DNA of 64,000 nt from an uncultured candidate division Zixibacteria bacterium (lineage in GTDB: Bacteria; Zixibacteria; MSB-5A5; UBA10806). Position 1 is the stretch's first letter. Every line of letters begins with the position of its first letter. Position numbers and translations under genes: made by a program. Below the pieces are notes generated by a model that saw only the letters and a list, made by a program, of their open reading frames with translations, was not told where the DNA came from and searched no databases. Location of the stretch: the NCBI GenBank assembly GCA_963817915.1, contig CAWFQL010000016.1, forward strand, positions 224,001 to 288,000, written 5' to 3'. Shown piece after piece: positions 53,283 to 62,616 of this stretch.

Positions 53283-56201
53283 CTACTTCATCAACAGCAT
53301 CTTTATAGTCGCGGATTTTTCGCTAGTGTTAAGACGAGCGAAATATATTCCCGACGGATATTCGCTGGCATTCCATATAATCTCATGATACCCCGCATCC
53401 CTGCGGCCATCAAACAATTCTACTACCCGTTGACCGACAATATTGTAAATCGATATCGCGACCTCGGTAGCTTTCGGCAGTTGATAGCTGATCTTTGTCG
53501 ATGGGTTAAACGGATTCGGATAATTCTGAAGCAGCGCAACCTTATTGGGCAAAGAAGCGTTATGCTCGTCAACCGAGTTTCTTGTTTCTCCTAGTTCATC
53601 CAAAACACGATAGAGAATATCGTACGATGCCGGCTCTTCCACATAGTAAAGCGGGAATTCCATTACACCCGTATTAAAATTCTGTCCATGGTGGATTATG
53701 CCGATGGGACGATCATGATAAATCGAAGTGTCCGGATTTACGGCTACATACTTATAGATTACTTCGGAACTATCATTGGGAATCAATGTTCCAATACCCA
53801 TGAGCCGTCCCGTATGATCATTGGGGGGGACAATTATCCTGCGCGCTCTTGTCGTATCGACATCGAAATCAGGAAATCCCTCAACCACAGAATGGCCGCC
53901 GATAAACTCCGAATTGTGTGAGGATGGAAACTCCACTCCCGCTAAGTTCAAAAACCGCCAGGCAAAATCATTCGGAACATAATCATGCCTGCCATAGAAG
54001 TTCTGATTCACCACGAGCCTGGTGCCGAACAAAAGAAGGTTGCCGCCCGCATTCAGATAATCAGTATAAAGGTGACTTTGGTCTCCAGGATCGAATATTA
54101 GCCTCCCGGAATATAATTCCTTACACAACACAACAGTCGAATAGCCTACTAGATCGGAAATTGAATACGGCGCTCTGTTTAATATTGTATAGTTATATTC
54201 ACTGAAAATATTATCGTAGAACACCATCATCGAATCGTAATCGGGATTATTAAAATCATCGCGGTTACCATTGACAATCAGAATACCGGCGCCAAACCAC
54301 ATCGGAATTGCCGAGGCCGTATCCGACGCTGCCGATGAGTTGCCAACTGAATCCAAGGCCGTGATGTAATAATAATAGGTAATCCCATTCCCGACAACCT
54401 GATCGAGATAGCTGCTATCGGGCGCAAAGTCTATCAACTCAAAACCATATGTATGTTCCGAACGGTATATATTGTATCCAATAATATCATTTTCCCGCAA
54501 AACATTCCAGGTAAGCTGAACCTGCAAGTCGCCGCCAGTGGCAGTCAATCCTTGCGGCATGTGCGGCCGACCGGAATTGATCGGTATTTCGCTTGAAAAG
54601 CCTCCTTGAATACCGGAAATATCGACCGAGGCTATCGCATAATAATATTGGGTATTGTCCTGTACCGTGTTATCGACAAAAACCGTATCTGTAAAATTAT
54701 CCGGCGTGATCGGCTCTGACCCGTATACACCCGGCGCGGTCCCGCGATATAAATTGTAATGGGCAAACCGAGGGCTGTTTTTTCGACTCCATATGAAGCT
54801 GATTTGGCTGCCGCTCCATTCGGTCACTCGTAGATTACGTGGCGGGCCAAGCGGAATATTCGCGTATCCCCTATTATAAAAATTAATTGCCGAATCAGCC
54901 GAAGCATATAGATTTGAAAAATTCAAATTATTATAATATTGCCTGATCGAAATTGTATCGCCGGTATGATCTTGGAGATTCTGCGCAAAATTCTGAGGAT
55001 CTACATGGAGATGCTGACCGCCAATATACGCCACAGTCAATGTCTCAACCGAATTGGGTGAAAACTGAAACGGTCCAAATGAAATCAGGTATTGCGTGTC
55101 AATGCCATCGGCAATACTAGTGGCATTCGCGCACGGCTCAATCCATCCACTGCCGCTATAATCGATGGCTGCATACGCCTGATCGTAGTCGTGTTCGCCA
55201 TTAGACATTACCTGGTATTTTGCCTTATCTCCTCCGGGAGTCCCTCTTCCGCCGCCAGGGAAGACTCCCCATCTATCGAAATTGCTGATTAATTGCGGCC
55301 CCCAATCGATTTCCGAGCTTGTATTGCTAATCCACCAATTAAAATTTGTCTGCGGAGTTCCCTGTGATGTTCCCAATAACATCAGACCCAAAACTCCCAG
55401 CGGACTTCGATAATCAAATTGACCATTGTAAGGCTGGCCATCATTATCCGCTGTCCAGGCAATATCATGTCCCGAATATTCGACGAATCCGCTTAAATCA
55501 TCTATCCAGCCCGGATCGAAAGGATCCTCGCTCGGATAATAAACATCTCCGTTATAATATATCCCAAACCAAACATTATGAAGATTCCGTCCGCCGATAT
55601 TTTCGACCACAAACTTTAGAATCGCCAGGTCATTGTAGCCGATTGTGCTCCAGCCGAAACTATTTTGCGTAATTCTCAAACCCAGTGGTATATGCGGCCT
55701 GCCGTCATTAGGATCCGGCGCAACAAATCTCCGGTCGGTAAATGTGTCACAATATATGGCCGCGATATCCTCATCCCCAATATCATAGATTCGCCGCAAT
55801 GATTCATCAGCTGGCAATGGGGGAAACCATTCCCAGGTATTGCTCCACCATCCGTCATTGCCTACGGAAACCAGGGTATCGAGAATCGGATTGCCGGATG
55901 AATCGAATGTATCGATTTCAGCGCCAATCCAGATAGAGCCGAAAAAGAGATTCTCGATTCCTGAATTGGCCGGAAAGATGGCCCCCGGAGCATACCAGCC
56001 ATTGTCAGGGTCAGGAATGAAACTATTCATAGACCCTATCAAGCCAAAGTTCGTTACTGAAAAATTGATATTGGGCTCACGATGTACGAGCAATCGGGTT
56101 TCAGGCAAATCCAGGATATGGGAAAAATTGTTGGGTCGCTGTCCGGCAGTGGCTGATGAACAAATGACCAAAATGCTGAAAAGCAATATCACTTTTTTCA
56201 T
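53283..56201 (-). CDS. Secreted FN3-repeat protein with T9SS-type C-terminal sorting domain
   Basis: Signal peptide, two FN3 modules ('PPRNL..YNLYR..YYYAIASVD', 'PQGLTA..GYNIYRS..YYYYITALD'), CTD 'LLQNYPNPFNPST..SGIYFARL..KMLLMK'. Confidence 0.85.
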   Translation of the reverse strand: MKKVILLFSILVICSSATAGQRPNNFSHILDLPETRLLVHREPNINFSVTNFGLIGSMNSFIPDPDNGWYAPGAIFPANSGIENLFFGSIWIGAEIDTFDSSGNPILDTLVSVGNDGWWSNTWEWFPPLPADESLRRIYDIGDEDIAAIYCDTFTDRRFVAPDPNDGRPHIPLGLRITQNSFGWSTIGYNDLAILKFVVENIGGRNLHNVWFGIYYNGDVYYPSEDPFDPGWIDDLSGFVEYSGHDIAWTADNDGQPYNGQFDYRSPLGVLGLMLLGTSQGTPQTNFNWWISNTSSEIDWGPQLISNFDRWGVFPGGGRGTPGGDKAKYQVMSNGEHDYDQAYAAIDYSGSGWIEPCANATSIADGIDTQYLISFGPFQFSPNSVETLTVAYIGGQHLHVDPQNFAQNLQDHTGDTISIRQYYNNLNFSNLYASADSAINFYNRGYANIPLGPPRNLRVTEWSGSQISFIWSRKNSPRFAHYNLYRGTAPGVYGSEPITPDNFTDTVFVDNTVQDNTQYYYAIASVDISGIQGGFSSEIPINSGRPHMPQGLTATGGDLQVQLTWNVLRENDIIGYNIYRSEHTYGFELIDFAPDSSYLDQVVGNGITYYYYITALDSVGNSSAASDTASAIPMWFGAGILIVNGNRDDFNNPDYDSMMVFYDNIFSEYNYTILNRAPYSISDLVGYSTVVLCKELYSGRLIFDPGDQSHLYTDYLNAGGNLLLFGTRLVVNQNFYGRHDYVPNDFAWRFLNLAGVEFPSSHNSEFIGGHSVVEGFPDFDVDTTRARRIIVPPNDHTGRLMGIGTLIPNDSSEVIYKYVAVNPDTSIYHDRPIGIIHHGQNFNTGVMEFPLYYVEEPASYDILYRVLDELGETRNSVDEHNASLPNKVALLQNYPNPFNPSTKISYQLPKATEVAISIYNIVGQRVVELFDGRRDAGYHEIIWNASEYPSGIYFARLNTSEKSATIKMLLMK

Positions 56202-56306
56202 GTGCCCTCCTCAAAGGCAACGCAGTATTTTCTAATAATACAATAATAATGTAAGAATATTCCCCGAAACAGCAAGCTATTTTTTAATTATAAATGATTT
56301 CTTATA

Positions 56307-56522
56307 GCGGTGTCAGGAATCCCTTCCTGAAACCTTACACGGGGAACGGTCATGAAGGGATTCATGACCGCGCATCAAAAAACAATGAGCCTGTAGGGGA
56401 TTTGATTTATCAAACCCGACCTGGAATATCAAATACTTCTTGTAGGGGCGTTTGAAAAAACGCCCTTATGCTTTATGAGAATTTATAAGCATTTTCATTG
56501 TCGAAACCGTAAAGGTTTCGAT
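56307..56522. repeat. Cluster of REP-like palindromes
   Basis: GTCAGGAATCCCTTCCTGA..GTCATGAAGGGATTCATGAC; GTAGGGGATTTGATTTATCAAACCC; GTAGGGGCGTTTGAAAAAACGCCC; TCGAAACC-gtaaa-GGTTTCGA. Confidence 0.7.
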
Positions 56523-56532
56523 ATACTGCATG

Positions 56533-57894
56533 TTATTCTTGACCAGTCAGGCCGAATTTCTTGAGCTTCTTGGATAGATTCCCGCGGTCAATCTTTAATA
56601 ACTTGGAAGCCCGCGTTATATTGCCATCGGTTTCGCGCAGGATATCCTCCAATAGCGATTTTTCGAAACGTAACAGATATTCCCGCAATGATAACTGTTT
56701 GCCCGCAGGCCCTAACTTTTTTGCGTCGTCGCCCTGCATACCGGCCAATGATTCCCTGATATCGACATCCGAAACGATATCGCCGTAGCAGAGGGCGGCG
56801 CTGCGCTCGATAATATTCTTCAATTCGCGAATATTCCCCGGCCAGTCATAGGCGGTCAATGACGATATGGCGGCGGAATCGAGTTTCAAATGTCCATAGC
56901 CGAGGTTATCTAGAAAAAATCGCGCCAATAATGGGATATCTTCCTTGCGATTTCTCAATGGCGGCACAAATACGGGTATGACATTCAATCGAAAATATAA
57001 ATCCTCCCGAAAACGGCCGTCATGTGTCTCCTTCTGAAGATCCTTATTCGATGCCGATATCACACGGACATCTACTCGTATTTCCTTTGATCCCCCGACC
57101 CGTTCTATAGTGGAGGTCTCAATTGCCCGGAGAAGTTTCGCCTGATGATCCGGCCTTAGCTCCCCGACTTCATCAAGAAAGATACTTCCGCTGTCGGCCA
57201 ATTCGAATTTCCCTTTGCGCGACGCTACCGCCCCGGTAAATGACCCCTTCTCATGGCCGAAGAGCTCGGACTCGAAAAGATTTTCCGGTATGGCGGCGCA
57301 GTTGATCGCAATAAATGGCCCCGAGGCTCGATTCGACGAAAAATGAATAAACCGGGCCGCCATTTCCTTGCCTGCCCCAGGCTCGCCGTAGATATATACC
57401 CTGCTATCGGTACCCGATACCCGGCGTAATTTCTCGCGCATCGCCATTGCCGACGCCGATTCGCCGATTATGTCATTCTGTAATGCCAACGATCTGCGCA
57501 ATCGCCCGACCTCGGACTCCAAAGATTTGTGTTTGATTGCGATCTCCGAATCAAGGAGTAATTTTTGCGGATCGGGCGGCTTTTCGATGACATTGAATGC
57601 CCCCAATCTGGTGGCCTCAATCGCTTTTTGAATAGTCGCCTGCCCTGATACTATAATAACCGGCGCCGATATTTTGGCATCCTTGATAGATTTCAATAGA
57701 TCGATACCGTCGACATCCGGCAATCCCAAATCGAGAATGATAAGATCGAAGCTATTATCGCTGACTAATTCCATGGCGATGTGCCCGGTCTGCGCTCCAA
57801 CAGGTTGATACCCCTGATCGCGGTATAGTGAAGACAATGAATCAATTATATTTTTGTCGTCATCGATTATCAAAATGGTGTGTTTTTTCGACAT
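56533..57894 (-). CDS. Sigma54-dependent response regulator (REC-AAA+-HTH; NtrX/NtrC-like)
   Basis: REC 'IIDDD..LDLGLP', 'GEPGAGKE', 'ESELFGHEKGSFTGA', 'WPGNIREL', Fis-type HTH. The start is ATG 57894; the ORF-track extension runs into repeats. Confidence 0.9.
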   Translation of the reverse strand: MSKKHTILIIDDDKNIIDSLSSLYRDQGYQPVGAQTGHIAMELVSDNSFDLIILDLGLPDVDGIDLLKSIKDAKISAPVIIVSGQATIQKAIEATRLGAFNVIEKPPDPQKLLLDSEIAIKHKSLESEVGRLRRSLALQNDIIGESASAMAMREKLRRVSGTDSRVYIYGEPGAGKEMAARFIHFSSNRASGPFIAINCAAIPENLFESELFGHEKGSFTGAVASRKGKFELADSGSIFLDEVGELRPDHQAKLLRAIETSTIERVGGSKEIRVDVRVISASNKDLQKETHDGRFREDLYFRLNVIPVFVPPLRNRKEDIPLLARFFLDNLGYGHLKLDSAAISSLTAYDWPGNIRELKNIIERSAALCYGDIVSDVDIRESLAGMQGDDAKKLGPAGKQLSLREYLLRFEKSLLEDILRETDGNITRASKLLKIDRGNLSKKLKKFGLTGQE

Positions 57895-57939
57895 GGAGAT
57901 ATTTAAAGAGAATATCGGACTTAAGTCAACAAAATTAGA

Positions 57940-58350
57940 GCCTCGGTCGTAAGTGGGGTTCCAAATGAACGTGGCGCATGAGAAACCCGACAGCGGCGTA
58001 TTATTGTTGCGCGTCAGGGCTTGCCCTGACCGCAAAGACGCCAGGATGCGGTCACGGCGAGCCGTGACTCGCAGGAAAACACCCCGAGAAAATGTCTGGA
58101 CTATCGTACCCCGGCTGAGTTATTTTTGAAAAAACTGTTGCACTTCAAACGTGAATCCATCTTCCTGCTTTCGCAGGAATGACAAGAAACGCCTGTCATT
58201 CCGCATCCGTCAGTCGCCGGACTGAAGACAGCTTGATGCGGAATCCATCTTACTCTTTTAATTTTCACGCATCGTCAGTCATGTAGGTCATTTTCCCTGA
58301 AAAATGACATCAGGTATTTTTCGTCAGGTCGCAGGCGACCTGACCTATTT
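57940..58350. repeat. Intergenic mosaic of palindromic repeats
   Basis: GAAACCCGACAG (shared with 48529), GTCAGGGC-tt-GCCCTGAC, GTCACGGC-ga-GCCGTGAC, TTCCTGC-tttc-GCAGGAA-TGAC, GTCATTCCGCATC...GATGCGGAATCC, GTCAGGTCGC-ag-GCGACCTGAC. Confidence 0.75.
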
Positions 58351-58455
58351 CCCAGCATCAACTCCCTGAATTATCGTGCGAATTCTTCATTTTTATTTTT
58401 CTTGACTCAATTGGAATAATCCCTATATTGCAAGTCTATTTAGAAAGAGGAATTT

Positions 58456-58599
58456 ATGAAAAGAACATTTCAACCATCTGAAAGAAAACGAAAAAACGAC
58501 CACGGATTCCGCTCCAGAATGGCCACTAAGGCCGGACGGGATGTGCTCAAACGCCGCCGCGCCAGAGGCCGCAAGAAACTTACGGTTTCAGACGAATAA
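58456..58599 (+). CDS. rpmH: 50S ribosomal protein L34
   Basis: Read directly: [54 protein letters not shown] and upstream TTGACT-N16-TATATT. Confidence 0.97.
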   Translation: MKRTFQPSERKRKNDHGFRSRMATKAGRDVLKRRRARGRKKLTVSDE

Positions 58600-58617
58600 T
58601 TCATAGTGGAGTCCGGC

Positions 58618-58977
58618 ATGGCCGAATCCAAAAAATTATTAGATTGCTCGTACCCTCGCGAGAATCGACTCCGAGGGCGTTCGAATTTTCTGAATTTATT
58701 GCGGGGCAGGGCATCAAAACGTCTCAAGGGACGATTTTGCGAAATTATTATTGGCGCATCCTCCGATAGTTTCACGAAATTTGGAATTCGGGTTTCCAAG
58801 ACTGCCGGGGATTCTCCCCGCAGAAATCGTATCAAACGGATTATCCGCGAATACCTGCGCAATAATAAGGATCATTGGCCCAAGGACAAATCGATCATTA
58901 TCAGTGTCAGATCCGTAATTGAAAACGAATCTGGATTGATTGGCGAGATCGATGATATTATTAAAGAATTCAAATGA
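58618..58977 (+). CDS. rnpA: RNase P protein component
   Basis: '[21 protein letters not shown]' RNR motif, located after rpmH. Confidence 0.88.
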   Translation: MAESKKLLDCSYPRENRLRGRSNFLNLLRGRASKRLKGRFCEIIIGASSDSFTKFGIRVSKTAGDSPRRNRIKRIIREYLRNNKDHWPKDKSIIISVRSVIENESGLIGEIDDIIKEFK

Positions 58978-59195
58978 ATAAATTGGCTGGCAGATTTTTA
59001 TCAATAATCGTTAAGGTCTATCAAAACACAATTGGCATAGCGTTCGGCGGACATTGCCGATTCTATCCATCGTGTTCTGAATATTCGAGGCAATCATTTT
59101 CAAAATATGGAGCATTTAAGGGATTCCTGATGTCGATTTGGCGAGTACTGCGCTGCAACCCATGGAATCATGGCGGCTATGACCCTGTAAAATAG
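58974..59195 (+). CDS. yidD: Membrane protein insertion efficiency factor YidD
   Basis: '[10 protein letters not shown]', '[15 protein letters not shown]'. Confidence 0.95.
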   Translation: MNKLAGRFLSIIVKVYQNTIGIAFGGHCRFYPSCSEYSRQSFSKYGAFKGFLMSIWRVLRCNPWNHGGYDPVK

Positions 59196-59205
59196 AAGTG
59201 GAATT

Positions 59206-60924
59206 ATGGATAAGCGTGCAATTTTAGGTTTTGTAGTAATAATGGCGTTGCTTTTGCTTTGGCAGCCGATTTGGAATACCTTTTTCCCGCCGCCGCCAAT
59301 GCCTTCCAAGCCAATTAGCGATACAACCGTTGCAACTTCGGACAGTTCAGTTGCGACCGCATCTTCTTCAAGACCATCAGCCGCACAGCCAGTCTCGCTT
59401 GCCCCGGTAGATTCTGCGGCAATCGCGGAAATGAATAAAGAACCCGAAAAACTCATCTTAATCGATACCAAACGCCTCAGAATAGTGCTATCATCGAGGG
59501 GTGGCACGGTCAAAAATATCATTTTGAAGGACTATGTCAGTTTTGACACGACCTCGGTTTCGCTGATAGACACGATCAGCAATTCCAGCTGGGGACGACA
59601 TGGAGCCCTTACAATCGGCTATTCTGATGAAATTCCAGCCTTCAATTCATATAATTTTAGGGTTGAAAGCCCCAATCTGACGCTTTCTCCTGCCGATACC
59701 ATGCAGAGTGTTATTTTTACATACCAGGCTACTTCTGGCGCCCAAATCACGAAAAAGTATACCTTTCATTACAATGGTTTCCAATTTGATTTCAATTTGG
59801 ATATAAAAAATCCACAGGAGCTTGGCCTGAAAGATGGAATTACGGTTGGTTGGTTTGCGCCTCAGCAACGGACAGAACTCGACCATTCGCAGGATAAAGG
59901 CAAACTTGGCGGATTTTTTGCCATGGGCGGAGCATTTGATAGCTTCAATGGTCTTAAGGATGGCGTATTGAAAAAAGCGGCCACCGGGCCTGTCGATTGG
60001 GTTGCAAATCGCACCAAATATTTTACGGCGGTATTGCTCGCCAAGTCCAGCCCAGGACAGGAAGTTGTCGTGGTTGGCAGCCAAACAGATCGAATTGACT
60101 ACAACGGTGCGCATTATTTATGGGAACAGTATGGTGTCGGCATGACATACAACAGTCCCGGCAGCGAAGTATCATTGGCATTCAATATTTACGCCGGCCC
60201 TCTCGATTATGACACGTTGCGCGACCTTGGATATGGGCTTTCAGGATTGGTCGATATGGGCTGGAAGGTTTTTCGGCCGTTTGCCATAGCGATTCTCTGG
60301 CTCTTCACATCGATACACAAATTTATTCCCAATTATGGCGCGGTAATAATAGTCTTCTCGATAATCATGAAATTGATCTTCTGGCCATTGTCTCAAAAAA
60401 GCGCCAAATCGATGTATAAGATGAAGGAAATACAGCCCCGGCTTCAGGAAATAAAGGAAAAATATAAAAACGAGCCAGCGAAATTCCAGCAGGAGACAAT
60501 GAAGGCCTATAAAGAATTCGGCGTCAATCCATTTGGCTCTTGTCTCCCGATGCTGATTCAATTGCCGGTATTTTGGGCGCTGTATTCAGTGCTTTCCAAT
60601 ACGATCGAATTACGGGGTGCGCATTTTATATTCTGGATAACAGATCTTTCACAGGCCGATCCATCCTCCAAATATCTGTTTGGCCTTGTCGGCATATTGC
60701 CGATTATTATGGGAGTTGCCATGTTTTTCCAGCAGAAGGCGACTATTACCGATCCCAAGCAAAAGATGATGGTGTATTTGATGCCGGTAATTTTCACGTT
60801 CCTGTTTTCGCGCTGGGCATCGGGACTTGTGCTATATTGGACAATGTTCAGCCTTATCGGGATTTTCGAGCAATGGTATATGGTGAAAAATTTGGAATCG
60901 GAGAAAAAAACCGTATCGGTATGA
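59206..60924 (+). CDS. yidC: Membrane protein insertase YidC
   Basis: 'NYGAVII..SIIMK...PL', 'GVNPFGSCLPMLIQLPV', 'WITDLS..DP', 'SGLVLYW'. Confidence 0.95.
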   Translation: MDKRAILGFVVIMALLLLWQPIWNTFFPPPPMPSKPISDTTVATSDSSVATASSSRPSAAQPVSLAPVDSAAIAEMNKEPEKLILIDTKRLRIVLSSRGGTVKNIILKDYVSFDTTSVSLIDTISNSSWGRHGALTIGYSDEIPAFNSYNFRVESPNLTLSPADTMQSVIFTYQATSGAQITKKYTFHYNGFQFDFNLDIKNPQELGLKDGITVGWFAPQQRTELDHSQDKGKLGGFFAMGGAFDSFNGLKDGVLKKAATGPVDWVANRTKYFTAVLLAKSSPGQEVVVVGSQTDRIDYNGAHYLWEQYGVGMTYNSPGSEVSLAFNIYAGPLDYDTLRDLGYGLSGLVDMGWKVFRPFAIAILWLFTSIHKFIPNYGAVIIVFSIIMKLIFWPLSQKSAKSMYKMKEIQPRLQEIKEKYKNEPAKFQQETMKAYKEFGVNPFGSCLPMLIQLPVFWALYSVLSNTIELRGAHFIFWITDLSQADPSSKYLFGLVGILPIIMGVAMFFQQKATITDPKQKMMVYLMPVIFTFLFSRWASGLVLYWTMFSLIGIFEQWYMVKNLESEKKTVSV

Positions 60925-60951
60925 CCCCTGATCTGATTATGAAAATTATTG

Positions 60952-60978
60952 GGGGTCGCGCCGTGCGGCCCCTTTTTT
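60952..60978 (+). terminator. Intrinsic terminator after yidC
   Basis: GGGGTCGCG-ccg-TGCGGCCCC followed by TTTTTT. Confidence 0.65.
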
Positions 60979-60997
60979 GTCTTTTGGAGACCAATCG

Positions 60998-61086
60998 GTC
61001 ATTGCGAGGAGACCGGCAGTTGCCGGTCGACGAAGCAATCTGAAGGCTGAACCACTCACAGATTGCTTCGCTTCGCTCGCAAAGAC
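60998..61086. repeat. GTCATTGCGAG-type palindromic element
   Basis: GTCATTGCGAG..GACCGGCA-gt-TGCCGGTC..CGAAGCAATCTG ... CAGATTGCTTCG..CTCGCAAAGAC. Confidence 0.75.
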
Positions 61087-61097
61087 AGAAAAATAAA

Positions 61098-62495
61098 ATG
61101 ACAAATCAAAAACCTGATATCATCTGCGCCGTAGCGACATCCCCCGGTAAATCGGCTTTAGCTATGATTCGGCTATCCGGAGATGGCTGCATCAAATTGG
61201 CTTCGAAGGCGATTCCGGCACTGGCAACAATCACAGCCGGAGACACCCGCAAGCTCTTTCATGATTTCATATATGACTCTAATGGCTCGCCAATCGATGA
61301 AATCACTGCCATCCCATATTTTGCCCCGAAAAGCTATTCTGGCGAGGAGATGGTCGAAATAATATGCCACGGTGGCTTTATGGCATCGCAGACTATTATT
61401 CGATTGTTGGTATCATTGGGCACGCGTATCGCCGAGCCCGGTGAATTCACCAAACGAGCCTTCCTCAATGGCCGTATATCATTATCGCAAGCGGAATCCG
61501 TAGCGGCGGCAATCGAGGCCAAATCAGAACTCGCGCTCAGGGCGGCCGCGATGAATCTCAAAGGCCAATTGCATGAACGATTGGAAAAAATTCGATCCGA
61601 TCTTGTTAATACATTGGCTCAGATTGAAGCCGAAATTGATTTTTCCGACGAAGAGATCGAAAAAACATCATCGGAGAAAATAACGCCATTGATCAATCGG
61701 CTTATCCTCGAAGCCGAGAATATTCTCAGCACGTATGATTTTGGACGAGGTCTGAATTACGGCTATAAAATCGCCATTGTCGGCAAAACCAATGTCGGCA
61801 AATCATCACTTCTCAATGCTCTCTTGCGCCGTGAACGGGCAATTGTGACCGATATCCCCGGCACAACTCGCGACACGCTCACAGAATGGATTGCAATTAA
61901 AGGCTTCCCGATCCTACTGACCGATACCGCCGGATTAAGAACCGATGGCGACGCAGTCGAGCAAATTGGCCAAAACCGAACCCGCGATGAAATCGAACGC
62001 GCCGATATTATTCTATTTTTAAATGACTGCTCTGCACTCCTTGATAATGACGACAGGCTAATCGCGGAATCGATCAAGAACAAACATGTGATTCTAGTGA
62101 AAACCAAACGTGACCTTATTCCAGCGGGCTTCGCGGCCTTAACTCAAAATACTGGCGGGAATCAAAGCTCCAAAGAATCCTGGCCGACGGTCTCGGTCTC
62201 CGCTTTGAAGGGAGATGGGCTCGAAGAGCTTAAAGATACAATCGCGAATGAACTGCATCTCGAAAAGTTTAGTCTTGAATCCGCGGTACTTGCCACCGAA
62301 CGGCAATTTCGCGCCATGACGCTCGCCCGGCAATCGTTTATTCATGCATCGGATGAATTGCGCGCCGGTCAATCAATGGAAGTGATAGCACTATTTTTGC
62401 GCGAATCATTGGAACATCTCGGTGAATTGGTAGGCGAAACCACGAATGAGGATATTTTAGAAAATATTTTCAGCCACTTCTGTATTGGGAAATAG
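61098..62495 (+). CDS. mnmE: tRNA modification GTPase MnmE
   Basis: 'EPGEFTKRAFLNG', 'GKTNVGKSSLLN', 'PGTTRD', 'DTAGLR', C-terminal 'FCIGK'. Confidence 0.97.
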   Translation: MTNQKPDIICAVATSPGKSALAMIRLSGDGCIKLASKAIPALATITAGDTRKLFHDFIYDSNGSPIDEITAIPYFAPKSYSGEEMVEIICHGGFMASQTIIRLLVSLGTRIAEPGEFTKRAFLNGRISLSQAESVAAAIEAKSELALRAAAMNLKGQLHERLEKIRSDLVNTLAQIEAEIDFSDEEIEKTSSEKITPLINRLILEAENILSTYDFGRGLNYGYKIAIVGKTNVGKSSLLNALLRRERAIVTDIPGTTRDTLTEWIAIKGFPILLTDTAGLRTDGDAVEQIGQNRTRDEIERADIILFLNDCSALLDNDDRLIAESIKNKHVILVKTKRDLIPAGFAALTQNTGGNQSSKESWPTVSVSALKGDGLEELKDTIANELHLEKFSLESAVLATERQFRAMTLARQSFIHASDELRAGQSMEVIALFLRESLEHLGELVGETTNEDILENIFSHFCIGK

Positions 62496-62616
62496 GCCGT
62501 CATTGAGGCCGATTAGCCCGGCACCTCAACCTAAATGTGGTCTAAAGAATACTTGTCAATTTATCAGCCTATATTTATATTGCCCTTGGGAAAGAACAAT
62601 TGATCACGGAGTATCA

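Noticed and set aside
57895..58035. N-terminal extension of the sigma54 regulator in the ORF track
   Set aside because: It is translated from repeat DNA; the REC domain starts at ATG 57894.
57940..58350. CRISPR array or riboswitch
   Set aside because: The palindromes differ from each other and are irregularly spaced; there are no cas genes and no recognisable riboswitch core.
58470..58862. 130-aa minus-strand ORF
   Set aside because: Antisense shadow of rpmH/rnpA.
62485..62616. Longer start for the FN3/LVIVD lipoprotein
   Set aside because: The signal peptide and RBS fit ATG 62617.
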